Origin: Adineta vaga
Lineage: Eukaryota > Animalia > Rotifera
Direction of reading: 5' to 3'
NCBI GenBank assembly: GCA_021613535.1
Contig: CP075493.1
Span: 17,546,001 to 17,610,000, forward strand
DNA: 64,000 bases
Positions 60,832-64,000 of the stretch are shown piece after piece (position 1 is the stretch's first letter; the number at the start of each line of letters is the position of its first letter). Made by a program: the position numbers and the translations under genes. Below the pieces are notes generated by a model that was given only the letters and a program-made list of their open reading frames with translations, did no database searches and was not told the DNA's origin.

Positions 60832-62540
60832 CTAATCTTCAAAATCCGACTTATGTTCGAGTTCAGCCATGAATTTCTCCTTTGATACAGATGGTTTCGT
60901 CTCTTGAATGACTGATAAACTCATGACAGGCTTGTGTCGATTCTCTACCGAGTAAATACCATGAAAGCCACCGACGATATAACACTGCGTTACTTTGCCG
61001 CTTTCCCCGTTTTTAAGCTTAACTGGAACACGAATATTGGGTAGCTTTATATAAGTCGGATCGATCGTACGATCAGCCTCCAAACCAAACAGCTGCAGAA
61101 CCCACCCAGTGATTAATTTTCCCGAGCCTCCATCGCCATATCTAAGGCCCATATCTCGTGTGATATCACATACTTTAATCCAGAACTGTTTATTCACATT
61201 GCCTTGATAGGTTTTTATGAATTCATCGAAGATCGGCAAAATACCGTCGATATAGAGACGAAATTTGTCGTTGCTGAATGATCGTAATTGTTGCGCTTTC
61301 GTATAAAGTAATTGCCAGTCATTGAGAGTGCCTAAAAAGAGAAGCAGTATTCATTTAGCATTGCTCTGCAACACTATTTTCTTCAATAATATATTCTTCA
61401 CTTCATTAAAAATTTTCTAGGATGCATCACACTATATTTCATCAGATCGATCCGTATGATGCGTTATAGCGTTTTTCCGGAAATTACATGTATTCAGATA
61501 TGAGACGAATTTCCCGGAAATCGAAAATAGCATTTTCCAAAAACTCTTCACAATCCAAGCGGTTATTCTAAACTCTCAATAACCAAAACTTTCATAGAGG
61601 GTGCCGCGAAGGGTGATGAGGGTTATATCTCGGTTTTAGGAAGGCTGCAACAACCGGTACAATGGATATATACTGCCTTATACTTCATCAATATAATGAT
61701 TATGTCCACTATGAACATTGTTTTTAGTTTCCGTAATGGCCGTAATGGAGAATTTCCCGGAAAACGCTATAACGCATCAAATCGATTGATCTCAAAAGTT
61801 TCGAATATAGCTAGAACAATTAGTCGAAAAAAGACGTTCAGAAGGAACCACACGAGTAAGGTGTTCTTTATCAGAATGATTGAGATTATATATGTGGATA
61901 TGACAAAGGTGTCTTTCACCCTCATATAGCTACCCATGAAATGCACTTGTCGGATGCCACAGATGCACATCATTCGGCGGTAGTCGAAGTAAGGTTTGAA
62001 CGCATGCATAATACATGCCGTTGAAAGAATCGATTCGACTTTGCCGGTGGTTGTAAAATCTGCCGCTAGCACATTACAAACATCACCTTTGACATTGTTC
62101 ATTATTTTCACTTTCATTCCGTTGAAGAATTGATCCCATTCCCTTTCTCCAAGAAGATCTGCAACAGTTAACTCTATTTTCCCTTCCTGATGCTCGACAA
62201 AGAGAGAGCGTAGTTGTTCAGCATTGTCATTGACATAATCGGCAAACTTCATACACACTACCATCCACATATCATCTGGAGACAACACTAAATCATGGTG
62301 TTGATTGTAAGCCGAAATAAAAGCTTGTAACACAGCATTTGTCGATGTTTCTGTATGCGGTCCATTAGAAACTGTATATAAGGACGAATAATTTTGAAAT
62401 GCTTTATGTGGACTTAAATCTTGATTTTCCTCGATTTTAGAAAGCCAGTGGTTTGTTACAGAAGATGATGATTGCTCGGATGGAAATCGAACTTTAGCAG
62501 GTTCAAGTTCATCATCGATAATAACAGTATGAAAAGACAT
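60832..62540 (-). CDS. DUF4419-family protein; 2 exons (62540-61934 and 61331-60832)
   Basis: AYNQHHDLVLSPDDMW, FADYVNDNAEQLRSLFVEHQEGK, ADFTTT, FKPYFDY...CGIRQVHFMG|TLNDW, ITGWVLQLF, GGFHG. The 602-bp GT-AG intron (61933-61332) splices in frame. Confidence 0.85.
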
Positions 62541-62977
62541 CTTATTTTCTCGTATTAGTCAACCAGACGCTTCTTACCTTTTTATATGCGTCAGAATAAT
62601 GCAGACCGTATTATATGCCACGTCATGTAATAACACGTAAGTGTGTCGGATGATAAATATTTACTTCCTCTTTATTGTTTTTGTTACGTGGTGTAGATAT
62701 TTTTCTGTGAGCCTATAGAATTCTTTGTTCTGTTCTTATCGCCACATTACTCTATCGTTTCTTTCCAACAAACAGTAAGGCTTGAGAGAAAACAAGTTAC
62801 ATGACTTTTCTCTTGCACTGGATGCCGAACATGAATTACACAATAATTCACAAAACTGAATTTCAATATAATTACAAACTCTTATGAATTATATGGATAT
62901 GTAACTATATACATATTTATATATATATAATATATCCTATTTATATTGGCTAGGGTCTATAAGATTCTACCAGGGTC

Positions 62978-63022
62978 TGAGGGTGAGGGTGATGGTGGAT
63001 GGGTAGGTGACGGTGTACCCAC
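62978..63022. repeat. Telomeric palindrome TP25; the C-arm runs into a CACGG-initiated element
   Basis: TGAGGGTGAGGGTGATGGTGGATGGGTAGGTGACGGTGT, then ACC|CACGGAAAAA... Confidence 0.6.
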
Positions 63023-63381
63023 GGAAAAATAAACTAAGTGATACCGCAGTTTTTGACGGTTTGTAAATTGAAGGTTTGAAATAGTTATTATGAATCGCAA
63101 AAGTCAGACCTTTTATTAGGTTTTTTAAAAACCGCCACAAATCGCGGTTCTTAACGGTTTTCGAGAAAATTCTAATTCATCGTAGTGGTATTTTATTTCT
63201 GCCATCTGTCCGATAATCCTTGATTTTCCATGTTCGCCACTAGTCTACGATCTCGACACGTTGATCTCATACCGCGGTCAACTCTTATAGTAGTATTATC
63301 TATTTTATATTTATCTACTTCTTGTTAGATTCGAACTTATTACCATATGGTGATGTTTATATTAAGATCAGATATAGTCTA

Positions 63382-63502
63382 CCCAGGTCGACAAATCCGA
63401 TATTCGATCCGATAGGACCCTATGGGATCCAACGTTCCTACAAAATCCTATCGGATTCCGATAGAATCCGGCATGGGATCCGATCGGATTGCTCGACCTG
63501 GG
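63382..63502. mobile_element. Short MITE with CCCAGGTCGA terminal inverted repeats
   Basis: CCCAGGTCGA...TCGACCTGGG with internal ATCCGAT/ATCGGAT repeats. Flanks are TA and CA, an imperfect 2-bp TSD. Confidence 0.8.
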
Positions 63503-64000
63503 CACATCTAAGTTATTAACAAAATGATCACATCTCGATTTTATTGACTAACAAAACAAGTTTATGTATTTTTCTGTATCTGAATAATCTACAAGCTTAT
63601 TAATACTATCAGAAGTAGTCATCTGAATTAACTGTGGCTATAACGTATTCTATATACCCATATTTTCCAAAAAATCTGCTAAATCCTTAAGTATAATGTC
63701 TATTTACATTTCCTATTGATCTGGTTTATTTTCTGTGTAGCTTCACCTTTTTAAATTCTAACTGTTCTAATTTTAGTTGCACTATATTATCATTTGTTGC
63801 CATTTAATAAAAATACTCATTTTTGATTTAAAAATCACATATATCTATACTGTAAAAAAGTGGGGAATGGACAACAATAAAAGCGTTTATGATGGTCTCG
63901 TAAACGTAAAAAAAGATTGATGAATTTTCATCGTATAAGGAACTCCGTTTTTATTGTATTTGACGAAGATATAAATCCCTTATGGATTTATGAATCACTT

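Noticed and set aside
4401-63022. CRISPR array interpretation of the repeat-spacer pattern
   Set aside because: The units are dispersed inverted repeats, not tandem direct repeats, there are no cas genes, and the context is eukaryotic.
4401-63022. PIF/Harbinger (Tourist) MITE interpretation of the palindromes, based on GGG...CCC ends
   Set aside because: The flanking trinucleotides are inverted (TGA/TCA) or unrelated rather than duplicated, and arm length and loop differ in every copy. It cannot be fully excluded without empty sites.

Overview
AT-rich eukaryotic DNA with short (~50-60 bp) GT-AG introns, most likely from a bdelloid rotifer. That inference rests on the gene families present (B-box/NHL, ART-TPR, LDLa/EGF-GPCR, foreign-looking enzymes) and on TGTGGG/TGAGGG repeats, which match known bdelloid telomeric repeats. 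The window looks like an accessory or subtelomere-like patchwork in which most genes are pseudogenised. These include a Kelch protein, TRIM-NHL, a P-type IIC ATPase, kiwellin, a beta-lactamase-like hydrolase, a cGAS-like Mab-21 receptor, ART-TPR and GPCRs. A histidine phosphatase, a 1546-aa LDLa/EGF-GPCR and a DUF4419 gene look intact; an aryl-alcohol-dehydrogenase-type aldo-keto reductase splices in frame but has its catalytic His replaced by Tyr. Mobile DNA includes a near-complete ~13-kb Helentron/Helitron2 (OTU-Rep-PIF1) and piggyBac, hAT, pogo-like, CMC/EnSpm-like and Kolobok-like elements. The most striking unexplained structure is a family of more than 20 small head-to-head telomeric-repeat palindromes, (CATCTT)GAGGG(TGTGGG)n-[unique 14-24 nt spacer]-(CCCACA)nCCCTC(AAGATG). 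They have no consistent target-site duplication and occur about every 2 kb outside the Helentron. They often sit exactly where unrelated gene or transposon fragments are joined, dividing the region into telomere-capped, gene-sized segments.
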